A DNA stretch of 64,000 nucleotides from Selaginella moellendorffii. Its lineage: Eukaryota; Plantae; Lycopodiophyta. Of this stretch, positions 25,771 through 36,810 are shown one piece after another (positions within the stretch are counted from its first letter, which is position 1; each line of letters begins with the position of its first letter). Position numbers and translations under genes: made by a program. Location: NCBI RefSeq assembly GCF_000143415.4, contig NW_003314271.1, forward strand, positions 1,532,092-1,596,091, read 5' to 3'. The notes under the pieces were generated by a model, which saw only the letters and a list, made by a program, of their open reading frames with translations, was not told the origin of the DNA and searched no databases.

Positions 25771-26346
25771 TTCCATTCCGATATTGTAGTGATTTTTGCT
25801 CTTGCTCGATCAATCGTGATGTCCCAGGGAACTCTCTCAACCCAGGGGGAACGACTTCAGCTATGAACAGCTAAAGGCATACATTTTCCGGGCGGTGACT
25901 CTTTACTCTTTTGTGACAATGGCTTGCTCAAACAGGCTTTGAGCAGCCTCCGCAGCCTGCTCCCAAGCTACATCAACACTTACGACATCAAATATTCGCT
26001 CACACTCAAGGCTGCGAGCAATGGTAACACCACAAGAACATAGTCAGTCAACGTGTCTCTGACCAAAGTTGACTTTACAGGATTCCAGTTTGCCGCCAAG
26101 GCCTGCCTGTGGGATTGGAGGGAACTACAACTACAACTTTGAGGGGTGCAATGCAGACAGAGAAAAGTGATGGCTGGGAAGATGGTGGCGTCAACGACTT
26201 GTAGGAATCCATCTGCATATATCAATTGGGATGGAGTTTACTACACTGATGCAGCAAACTGGATCATCACGAGGCAAATCTTGAGTGGGAGCTCCTTTGA
26301 GCCCAATTTCCCCTTGGGCATGCTGTGCACACTCAAGAACATCTAA
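25769..26346 (+). pseudogene. GDSL lipase 3' remnant (cassette unit 2)
   Basis: KVMAGKMVASTTCRNPSAYINWDGVYYT...MLCTLKNI matches GDSL exon 5; catalytic His replaced by Tyr; deletions. Confidence 0.85.
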
Positions 26347-26630
26347 TCATCTGTTTGGACTCATAAACTTTGACAAACATCAATCACTACAAGCATTGTT
26401 CTTTTGGATCCAATCCAGCACCCATCAAGCACTATTGGTTGGAAGGGACATTGAGCCAGTGTGCCATCTTTAGAGCACGTGGAATAACATGTGGTGATAT
26501 AAGTTACTACAAAAAAAAAATAACTCAAAAACATTCAACTTTAGCCGAAATATGAATTGGCAACACTACATTTACTACCATGACACCAAGCTCGAAATAT
26601 GTCACATGACTCTTACCTTGAAAACAGGGG

Positions 26631-27140
26631 TCACTCTCACAAGAAACTAGAGATTTCATCCAAGACAAGGACAGATTCCTGGTAGCTAGCATCCCCAACG
26701 GTGTAAAAGCCATGGGAAGCGTTTTCATACTCAATGAGCTTCACGGCATTGCCAGTGTCTTCGAAGATCTTTGCAAACTCTACCTAGAGATTGTGGAGGA
26801 GATCCTTGCCGCCCACCACCACTAGCGCTCTTGGCAGTTTCCCCTGGGCCCCCAATCTCATGAGATCTCCAGGCAATTCCAGCGTCATGTTGCAATATGG
26901 ATGATCATGGTCAACTGCTCCCTCAGGGAGCGCTGCCAACCAGCAAAAATCTGTGATGCCTAGCGTGATCATCGGGTTGGAGGACCCGAGCCTAAGCTCC
27001 GACTCAGTCCTGGACCTGCCTCCATAAAAGGGCTGGCCAGTGAGGAGGATCTGGCCGGTGAGCGGGATTTCATCTTGGGTAGTGCGCAATGCCACACGGG
27101 CTGCAAGATTTCCCCCGGCACTGTCGCCCATGATCTTGGA
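26631..27140 (-). pseudogene. CXE C-terminal half, 5'-truncated
   Basis: MGDSAGGNLAARVALR...VVGGKDLLH, then a stop. The 5' half is replaced by AT-rich sequence from 27141. Confidence 0.9.
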
Positions 27141-30100
27141 AAATAATCGATTGTAAAACATCAAATTTAGAAACAAAGTGTGACTTAATAACCCACAAAC
27201 TACCAATCAATTGACACTCAAGATAATATCATAATTTGGTTAACCATCACTTATAATATAAACTTCCCAAGTTGTAGAGTCAAATATACTGGGCTAAAGA
27301 CTTTTGATCAACAAAAAGAATATGTAAAGGACAAACTACTAAACATTGAACTAAAAAGATTTTAGAGCTAAAATTTAATCTCTTTGGTGTCATAAATAGC
27401 TCTAGAGAAATTCCATACCATAAATTATAAAAGAGAATGAGAGAGAAATAACAAGACACTTCCTATTATCCATTAATAATACTACACTTCTTGTTCTTGT
27501 TATTTGTGCACATTATAGGAGCCATGATGTGTATAGACCCTTTGAAACTTTGGATACATCCAATAGTTTTCTGAATGGTTGACATGAAGTATTTTAGCAT
27601 CATTATTGTCATCTTGAGATACAAATGGTTAACAACAATTCTTACACTCCACTATAATACATCCTCAAACCTAGTAGTCATAACATTATGGGCCACATCC
27701 ACACTTACAGCCTCCTTCTTGACCACATCCACACCCATAGTCACAACCCCCATGATTGCCATAATGACCAACATCTCAAGGTTTTACAATTGAGGTGGAA
27801 TCAACATCTATAAGGGCCATACAATCAACTAAGGGAGGATAAGAGTGTTATAGAATGAAAAGGTATAATATGAGAGCTTTCCTCCACATTATAAGAAATT
27901 ATAATGGCATCATGAAGGGTGGTAGGGTGATGTCCTCTCACAAAAGCTCCAATAGAACTGCAAACATGATATTTTAATAAGATTTGAACATGTTAAAATC
28001 TATAGAAGTTAGTTGTAAGCCATAAATTTTCCTTTTGTAATTTGCTAATTTACTTTATATATCTAAACACTTTTGCTTTAGTTATAGTTAAATTCTCTTG
28101 CCAAAGTCCACTTTAACTGTAATAAGTTTTATTTGGCTTCAACTACTCATTGTATAAGTACTAAAGTGTTAATAATTTCGTTAATAATTTCCTAAACATT
28201 TTATCCCAACCTTTTCCTTGGGATAGATTATACTTAAAGTTTGATTACACTCCATATAAACATAAGTAACTAAGTATATCAAGCCTCTAAATTTTTAATG
28301 TCCCTTAAAATAACAAGACTTATTCATGGGACTCTTTAAATCCCAAACTTTGTAAATCTCTTAATTCGATGCTTTGAGGGAAAACACTATAGCCTAAAGT
28401 CTTAATATAAGTACTTTAACTCCCCACCTCTAACTTGAAAGGAAAATACATGGCAATTAAAGAGGAGTGAGGACTAATAGTACTCAAATAATGCATTACT
28501 CCACCTAAGTTATAAATACTATTGTCAATTTTCTTTTCAAAAGTGGGAGTTTCTTTTAAGAATTTCTTTAAAAACATTCCTCAAATCCATACTCCCAAGT
28601 CATAACCCTAATATAGTAATTCCTTCAAGATTAAGTTTTAACTTTTATCATTTTGGAACCCTTACATCCAAGTTTAGTCCTAACTCAATCCAAACTCTTT
28701 ATTGATTTCAAGATCTTTTAACCAACAATATTTTGGAGAGTTTGTTTCTTATACTAATAATTTCTTAACTCACTCTTCAAATCAATTCACCATCACACCA
28801 CACTATTGCTTAACTTTAACACACCATTTATAAAGCCAACTTTATCTCCATAGCACCCAAAAGTTTATTAAAAACCATGCAAGACATAAAAGTAGTGTTA
28901 AGATCTGTGTTACATCTCTTTGTAAACAAAGAGGCAATTTTTGAATATTATCCATATCATTCCATCCATAATATGTGGATCCTAAAATGTTTAAACCATA
29001 AGCAAACATCTTATATGAGTAATCTAGAAAATAACATTGAACCCAATCAAGGGGGACACTTGGCTCATAATTAAGTGTTACAATAACTACTACATCCTTG
29101 TTTAATTTTGAGCCGGCTATGCCAACACTAAAACTAATTGTTGTATAAGCCTATTAGGAGCCTAATCCTTACCACCACACTTCCAGGCAAAAAAAATCAA
29201 GTGCAAACACCAAAACTAATTGTTGTATAAACCCATTAGGAGCTTAATCCTCACCACCACCCCCCATGCAAAAAAAAGCAAGAAAAAAACCACATTGTCA
29301 ACAAAAATATATTTAGCATCTCTATCAAATTGAGGACTTTAAAAAGTGGATTATTATGCTAATGTGACTACTAAAATTAGATTAGTATATATATATTATA
29401 CAAAGTCCTCACAAACCTTATCTATAATTTTAAGGAGAGATCAAATGAAGGGTAATTGTCAAAAGGTTATTTTTTTAACCACAAATAATCACACTGATTG
29501 ATGTTTGCTATTAGCCAATGGGAGGTGGGCAATTGCCTAGGGCGAGAGAAGAAGGTATTGTGACATATATAGATTGCTGAAAAAAGCATTGTGACAAATG
29601 TATATGCTTGATGACATGGAAAAAAAAATAGAGCATAAAGCTATCATAAGGCTGTGATTAACTTTTACCTAATTTAAAATTTTTATGTGATGGGCAAAGG
29701 CAACTAGTGACTCTAATTTGGGGTCTCAAGACCATGTGGAATATAGTTATCAATCATTGTCAAACAATGTCTCTTCATAATAGCAAGCTCAACAAATTCT
29801 AGAACAAGATTAATGTAAATTTTAAAATATTAAGAAAATTACAGAGAGCATGGTGGCCAATGAAAACTTGAACTATGGCATGTGGAGAAAGAGGAAAATG
29901 TGACATCTGGGCATCACAAGTATGCTTTTTAATCATCATACTCTGAAGATCTGGAAAACCGGGATGAGAGACATAAGTAATTGAAAGGGCTTGATCGATT
30001 TGGTTCGCAAGCTATTTGCACTATGGAATATTTATGTTCCTTTTAAACATTTTTGCTCACAAATGGGAACAATAGATAGATCACTGGATTTGGCAGCAAT

Positions 30101-30403
30101 AGAACATTCAAATGGCAACTTTAGCGTGGACTTGGATGGAAATTACATAGATTTCTTAGGCATAATTTTCCTTCTTTTGGCTCTTACTTGCTTTTGGGTA
30201 TATTACTTAATATTTGATTTTGTTTTTCTTTTCATTTTTTTAGCTTTATTTTGAGTGCCACACTAGATAAGCAGTAAAAGGTAACAGTTTCCAGATTTTC
30301 CTTTTTCTTCTCTTAGCTGATTTCTTACATTTCCTTTTAGGTTTAGAGGTTAAACAGCCTTGGTTACTTTCATTGCTTGGGGTATCACATAACACATTTG
30401 CTA
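27141..30403. other. AT-rich, CpG-depleted insertion, probably an old decayed transposon
   Basis: Abrupt compositional shift; interrupts the CXE-X pair; no long ORF; no termini identified. Confidence 0.4.
29124..29282. repeat. Two-copy direct repeat, ~82-bp period
   Basis: AACAC[T/C]AAAACTAATTGTTGTATAA...TTAGGAGC...ACCACCAC...GCAAAAAAA at 29124 and 29206. Confidence 0.85.
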
Positions 30404-30521
30404 ACTGCCCAGCATTTGCTGGGGGAATACTAGGTTTTATATAGGAACGGCTTATTTAATCAAATTAAAAGCTATGATTAATCCTTTTGAGCTAAACTCA
30501 CAAAGCATCGTGCCCTAGGAT
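30404..30521 (+). promoter_or_regulatory. Putative gene X promoter: palindrome CCCAGCA-TT-TGCTGGG (30408-30423) and TATATA (30438-30443)
   Basis: The same block lies upstream of the other intact X copy (50937-51035, reverse strand). Confidence 0.5.
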
Positions 30522-31430
30522 ATGGCGGCACAACTCAGGAGAAAGCTCTGGGATGAGTCTGTGATTTTGGGTCAAGTTTTCGACAATCTGGGTCACAGGC
30601 AGTGGCAGTACTCGGCCTTCTACGGCGTTGTGGACTTCGCTCTGTGCAGGTTAGAACACAGGATCCAGCGGGTGTGGAAGAATGCCTGCAAGCAGGCGAA
30701 TGTGAAGGAATACGCCGCCACCAAGGCCATTGTCCGGGAGAGGGCGTCGTACCTAAGCGACGACCAGTTGTGCTACTACGGTATTTGGGACGAGGACCTC
30801 ACTTACACCAACGTTCGCCTTTGCGTCGACAGCTACAAGAGGAGGCCGACATCGATAGAGGCAGTCCAGGAAGAGCTCCAGCAGCAGCAGCAGCAGCAGC
30901 AGGAGATGCCGTTGCTTAGCCCGCCTCTGATCAAGTACATCAGGGCCAAGCCCAGCATACCCCGTGAGATCCGAGGGCGTGGCCCGGGATCGCGAAAGTT
31001 TCGGCAAGAGCTGGTTTCTTGGGTGGAGCGGGACCTGTTCGGTGGTGTTGGGTCGCTGGAGATGCAGGCGCGGCTGGTGTTTGATGCGCGGGTGCTGGCG
31101 CACGAGTGGGAGGAGTTGTTCGGTTTCAGGTGCTGCGAGTATGAGCCGCTGGTGGACAAGAACCTGAGCACGCCTGATGTTGTTTTCAATGAAAATTGTG
31201 GTCCTTTCGATCAGGAGAAGTATGACGAACTTGTCATGCAGCTGGAAGCGGGAAAGATGATCGCGGCGTGTGGCGGCTTCAACAAGCTTTCCGCTTGGCC
31301 GGGGAATGCGTGCGTGGATCTCTTCAACTTTCAAGTGGGGGGTGTGGAGGAGCTGATCAAGCGGTACGGTGAGCTCAGATTCAAGGTGAATCCCAAGAGA
31401 AGACGAGCATATGACCGCAACACCGAATGA
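30522..31430 (+). CDS. Gene X, intact 302-aa unknown protein (possible divergent N-terminal F-box, polyQ8, C-terminal PKRRR)
   Basis: ATG-to-stop intronless ORF with GC3-rich codons; colinear intact paralogue at 50031-50936. Confidence 0.75.
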   Translation: MAAQLRRKLWDESVILGQVFDNLGHRQWQYSAFYGVVDFALCRLEHRIQRVWKNACKQANVKEYAATKAIVRERASYLSDDQLCYYGIWDEDLTYTNVRLCVDSYKRRPTSIEAVQEELQQQQQQQQEMPLLSPPLIKYIRAKPSIPREIRGRGPGSRKFRQELVSWVERDLFGGVGSLEMQARLVFDARVLAHEWEELFGFRCCEYEPLVDKNLSTPDVVFNENCGPFDQEKYDELVMQLEAGKMIAACGGFNKLSAWPGNACVDLFNFQVGGVEELIKRYGELRFKVNPKRRRAYDRNTE

Positions 31431-31519
31431 ACACAAGTCTTGGTTGGATAGATGGACTTTGGTAATAGGGTATTAGAGTTTGTGTAGCTTACCTCTTCCC
31501 ATATGAGATTCATGAGTCC

Positions 31520-32980
31520 CAAGCACATGTCCCAAGTTTACAATTTGTCCAGAATTGATATGGAGCAAATGCCCCCGTGTCTGCAGCACACAATTCCAAA
31601 CCCGAATGGGTTTGAAACCGGTTGTTCTCATGTTTTTCCTCACATTTTGCAGATCCCCGTTCTAGACATCTGCAAATACATGAATAATCCATGTCACACA
31701 ATCTTGGTCGCTCCACCAAGTTTGCTGCTGCTGCTGCGGTGACGATGGTGGCGGAGGAAGAGGAGGAGCCAGGGACTGGGGAAACCTGTTGCTGTGATCT
31801 CGTCTGCAATCCAAGCTCCAACACCGGAGCAGTAGGGGGGCTTCCTCGTCCAGCAAAGCATCTCCGGTCACCCAAGAAAGCTCCTGCCCCCTACTGCATC
31901 AGATAGGATGGGAGTTGGCCTTGCCGAGAGAGACAGAGCTCATCCAAGCTTGAGTAGTGCAGTGTGGAAGCATGCTTAGCGCCCGTCTGGCCTTTGCATT
32001 GCTGAGAGCCCGCAACTTGCCAACCTGAGAAGCGCACTCTGGAGGGTGGAGCAAGAGAGATCTTGACGGTGGTGCCGGGATGAGAGATCCGGCAACGTGG
32101 AATGCTCTTGCATGGCGTGAGCCCAGAAAACTTGCAGATCTTCTCGACGAGCAAATGCCTCGAGTGTGTCAACTTGGCAGGCAAAGTAAGCGTTTTAGCA
32201 AAGGCGACAATGGGTTTCTCACTGACAAAGAGGGGTTTTTCAAACCAAACTCAACCACGCGGTGACGATCGCATCACCAGCAAACGTTCTACTGGTCTTT
32301 GCAGTATCAACATGCCACCGTCCCAGAGATCCAAGGCTTGCCAGAAGTCAAGAAGGCCTAGAGACTTTCCAGAAGACGCTTCATTGGCCACGAAAGTTTC
32401 TTCGATTGACTACTTCATTGTGAGTGCTCACTCGCCTTCCCAGGTTTCTTCTCGCAGCTTCTCTCTGGCCAGTGACCGCTGGTTGTGCTCCTCCTTCTCC
32501 TGGACCGTGAATCTCCTTGCGTTGAGCAGCTTGGGCGGATGTCGGAGGCTCCAAGTCTATAAGGAGGGAGCTGTGGTGGCTTTGATGCAGGGTTGTCGTG
32601 AGCGGCTTTCTCCCGCAAAGCAAACTCTCAAAGCTCCGGTATCCTTCTTCTTCGTCAATGACGCCAAGCAATAAAGCGCACTGGGAAGTAGAAAATCTAG
32701 AAACCCGTTTTCGTTGGGGCGTGGATCCTTTTGTGGATTCGTCTTGGAACGGGAAGGCGCCGGCTGGAATTGGATCATCGGTAGCTGCTGCTGCTTGCGA
32801 TGGCGCTGCTCTTCGTTGATGCGGAACGGCAAGAGCCTCAAGAAAATGATGGTTACAAGGAAGGCGATTCAAACCGCGACGCGTTTGGAATTTTCGGGAG
32901 TGGGCCGGATTCGAGTCCGCGACCGGCGGTGACACGTCACCCGTCCACGACCACATCTCTCTCAAATTAGTTTCGCCACG
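31520..32980 (-). pseudogene. Gene W region, internally deleted inverted copy
   Basis: Matches 23580-25770 with large deletions. Confidence 0.5.
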
Positions 32981-32982
32981 AA

Positions 32983-33714
32983 TCCATTCCATGCCGTTCT
33001 CCAAGATAGATAGCTATATTGTAGTGATTTTTGCTCTCGCTCGATCAATCGTGATGTCCCAGGGAACTCTCTCAACGCAGGGGGAACGACTTCAGCTATG
33101 AACAGCTAAAGGCATACATTTTCCGGGCAGTGATTCTTTATTCTTCTGTGTGTTTGCATTGAATCTACACAGATTCAATGGCGAGGGAGGACGAGCATTC
33201 CTGCTCTCGTACGTTGGGCCCCAGGGCTGCATCCCATACTCCCTCACAAACTCTAAGTGGGCTACGATCAAGCCGGGTGCGCTATCAAGTCATGCAGCAC
33301 TACAATGAAATGAGATAAAATGTCATTCTGTTTCGCTAGTCTTAATTGTTCAAGCAGGCTTTGAGAGCAACCTCCATAGCCAGCTCCCAGGCAGCACTAT
33401 AATCTACATCAACACTTACGACATAAAATACTCGCTCACCCTCAAGCAAGAACATAGGCTGTCAACGTGTTTCTGACCATAGTTGACTTTACATGAATCC
33501 AGTTTGCCACCGGGATTGGAGGGAACTACAACTACAACTTTGAGGTGCAATGCGGGCAGAGCAAAGTGATGGCGGGGAAGACGGTGGCGTCAACGACTTG
33601 TAAGAATCCATCCACCGAAGCAGCAAACCGGATCATCATGAGGCAAATCTTGAGTGGAAGCTTCTTTGAGCCCTGTCTCCCCTTGGGCGTGCTGTGCACA
33701 CTCAAGAACATATA
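32983..33714 (+). pseudogene. GDSL lipase 3' remnant (cassette unit 3)
   Basis: Matches intron 2 to the stop of the GDSL gene at 59781-61213, with deletions. Confidence 0.8.
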
Positions 33715-33973
33715 ATCATTTGGATTCATAAACTTTGATGAACATCTAACACTACAACTATTGTTCTTTTGGATCACTGGTTGGAAGGGAATACACAGTG
33801 GAATGAGAGAAGGCTGCCTGGTGACACCGAAAGACAAAAGAAAGAAATGCCATCTTCGTGAATGGCTGCCAAAGCTTGTGTACATCCAATCCCGTCAGCT
33901 CTGACCTCCAGTCAACCCGTCAGTAAACATAGTCAACATTATTCAACGCGGGTCAATAGCGGCAAGCCAGGGG

Positions 33974-34936
33974 TCACTCTCGCAAGAAGCTAGCGACTTC
34001 GTCCAAGACAAGGACGGATTCCTGGCAGCTATCGTCCCCCACGAGGTAGAATCCATGGGAAGCGTTTTCATAGTCGATGAGCTTCACGGCATTGCCAGCG
34101 TCTTCTAAGATCTTTGCAAACTCTACCTGGTGATCGTGGAGGAGATCCTTGCCGCCCACCACCACTAGCGCTCTCGCCAGTCCCCTGGCCCCCAATCTCG
34201 CGAGATCTCCAGGTAATTCCAGCGTCATGTTGCAAAATGGATGATCGCGGTCGACCGCTCCCTCGGGGAGCGCCGCCAGCCAGCAAAAATCGGTGATGCG
34301 TAGCGTGATCATTGGGTCGGAGGACCCGAGCCTGAGCTCCGACTCGGTCCTGGACGTGCCTCCATAGAAGGGCTGGAGGAGGATCTGGCCGGCGAGCGGG
34401 ATTCCATCCTGGGCAGCGCGCAATGCCACGCGGGCTGCGAGATTTCCCCCGGCGCTGTCGCCCATAACGAAGATCTTGGAGAAATCCGCGTGAGCGAAAG
34501 CGTCTTGATCGCTGCTGCTCTTGGCGATCTCTCGGACCCAGTTGAGGAGCCATCGTCGTAGGCCGCCGGGAGCCTGTGCTCCGGAGCTAGGCGGTAATTC
34601 ACAGACACCAACGATCGCTCCCAGCTTCCTGGACAGGGCCTCGCAAAATCTGTGAAAGATCGCATTTGCGGCGCTGATGTAGACGAATCCTCCCCCGTGG
34701 TAGAAGATGACGATGGGCAGCGTGCGGTTCTCCAGCTCTTCCAGACGGAAAACTCTCACCCACAGCCCCCGATCCTTGTCGAGAATCACGTCGCGGCTCG
34801 CCACGCCGTCAATGAACGCGGGATTGGCGGGAACCTCCGCAAAGAACCACGCAGGGCCTGTTGGTGGAGAGCCATCCTCTGCAAACACAAAGCCTCCAAT
34901 TTGATTGCCAGAGCTCTTGCGCTCCTCGTCGCCCAA
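33974..34936 (-). pseudogene. CXE paralogue, probably a pseudogene
   Basis: Start codon mutated to TTG (34934-34936); a +1 insertion and a 7-bp deletion scramble the conserved VSVNYRLAPEHRLPAAYDDG segment; a retrotransposon sits ~200 bp upstream. Confidence 0.8.
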
Positions 34937-35546
34937 TTTTTCGGTGCTAGGTGGGTGTCTCACAACGACACATTTAAACCGTTGAAATGCCCACGAGCGT
35001 GACTTGTCGGTTTGCGGAAATTCTAAAGCTTTCTTTTTCGTTTCTATGCTGGTATATACACATAATTAAAACAAATCTAATTAAAAGCTCTCTAAGCATG
35101 TTTTAGCTTTTCTACTTAAATACTTAATTTAATTAATACTGTGAGGGCCAAGTGTACGGCTACGATGCCGTATACTAATATTAGCGTAGTGGATTTTGGT
35201 AGCCGTCGGATTGGTTTCAATCCGGACCACTCGCTCCTGTATATAAGCTAGGGTTTTTGGGTTAATTGATATGTACATTTCTGTATTCCCTTTCCATATT
35301 CCATGCACTCACATTGGTGGAGATGAGGGGCACCTTTGATTGTCCCTGGGGAGTGCTTGGATTTGGGATTTCGGTTTAGATCTAGCTTTTGCATTGTCTA
35401 GATCTAGCTTTTTCCATTTCCTTTCTTTTGTTCTTTCCTTTCAGGATTTTGGTTTAGATCTAGCTTTTTGCATTGTCTAGATCTACCATTTCTTTCCAGC
35501 TTTTTGTCATTTATCTTCTTTTGCTCTTTCTTTCTCATTCATTTTC

Positions 35547-35914
35547 ATGGCCGATCCGCAATCTCCTCCTTTGACTCTAGAGCAGCAGTTGGTTCAATTG
35601 CTTGATGCTATGCGCCTGCAATTGAACAACCAAACTCAGTTGATGGCGGCGTTCACGGCACATGGTACAACTCCTCCTGCTTTTGGTGCCAATCCTCGCG
35701 TTCGGCCGGAGTTCTTTCGTGGGAATCCTGGGGATGATGTGTACCATTGGTTCGATCACTTCACGGTGATTGCCACATATCATTCTTGGGATGATGCTCG
35801 ACGTTTGCGTGAGTTCCCCACGTGTCTTCAAGGGACGGCATTGCAGTGGTACAATGGATTGAGCGCAGCTACTCGTGGCGATTGGAGTGTTCTTCCGGAC
35901 GTCTTCAAACGCGC
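35547..35914 (+). CDS. gag: gag N-terminal part of element A, interrupted by element B
   Basis: RPEFFRG...WFDHF...LQGTALQWY...W..L...F is the Ty3/gypsy capsid pattern. The rest of track ORF 35547-36134 is read-through into the B LTR. Confidence 0.85.
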
Positions 35915-36147
35915 TGTGAGACACAAAATCCCTAGGCCCCAAAGTGGGGCCGGAAGGGCGCCACATGGTAGTGGCCGAAGCGAGAGCCAAACGAGTGTAA
36001 CACGTTTGGACCAAAAGCTCCGACTTGAAAAGTCAAGAGCGGGAGTGGAACTCCCAACGAAGTGCTCGAGGAACGAGCACGAAGCGAGCAAAAGGCGAGG
36101 CTCCAAAAAGGGACCCAAAAGGACCAACACATGACACGTGGGAGTGT

Positions 36148-36810
36148 CCGAGATGGAGTCCGAAGTGGAGTCCGAGGTGGACCCGAGATGGACCCGAGTT
36201 GGAGTCTGAAGTGGAGTCCGAGATGGAGTCCGAGGTGGACCCGAGATGGACCCGAAATGGAGTCCGAGATGGAGTCCGAGATGGACCCGAGATGGAGTCC
36301 GAGATGGACCCGAGCTGGAGTCCGAAGTGGAGTTCGAGATGGACCCGAGATGGAGTCCGAGATGGAGTCCGAGATGGAGTCTGAGGTGGACCCGAGATGG
36401 ACCCGAAATGGAGTCCGAGATGGAGTCCGAGATGGACCCGAGATGGAGTCCGAGATGGACCCGAGCTGGAGTCCGAAGTGGAGTCCGAGATGGACCCGAG
36501 ATGGAGTCCGAGATGGAGTCCGAGATGGACCCGAGATGGACCCGAAATGGAGTCCGAGATGGACCCAAGATGGACCCGAGATGGAGTCCGAGATGGAGTC
36601 TGAGATGGAGTCCGAGACGGAGTCCGAGATGGAGTCCGAAGTCGAGACCGAGACCAGGACCGAGACCGAGACCGAGATCGGGACCGACACCGAGACCGAG
36701 GCCGAGGCCGAGACCGAGCCCAAGCCCGAGTCCGAGTCCGAATCCGAGTCCGAGTCCGAATCCGAGTCCGAGTCCGAGTCCGAGTCCGAGTCCGAGTCCG
36801 AGTCCGAGTC
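36148..36810. repeat. Tandem array in element-B 5' LTR
   Basis: CCGAGATGGAGT / CCGAGATGGAC units, then (CCGAGA)n and (CCGAGT)n. Confidence 0.95.

Noticed and set aside
34955-34964. TGTGAGACAC (minus strand) identical to the element-B LTR start, upstream of a CXE
   Set aside because: Produced by a small deletion in the paralogous GTTGTGAGACCGGAAGGCCACCC leader; no further LTR similarity.
36148-36810. CRISPR-like or telomeric array
   Set aside because: No unique spacers, no cas genes, eukaryotic context; the units are not TTTAGGG.
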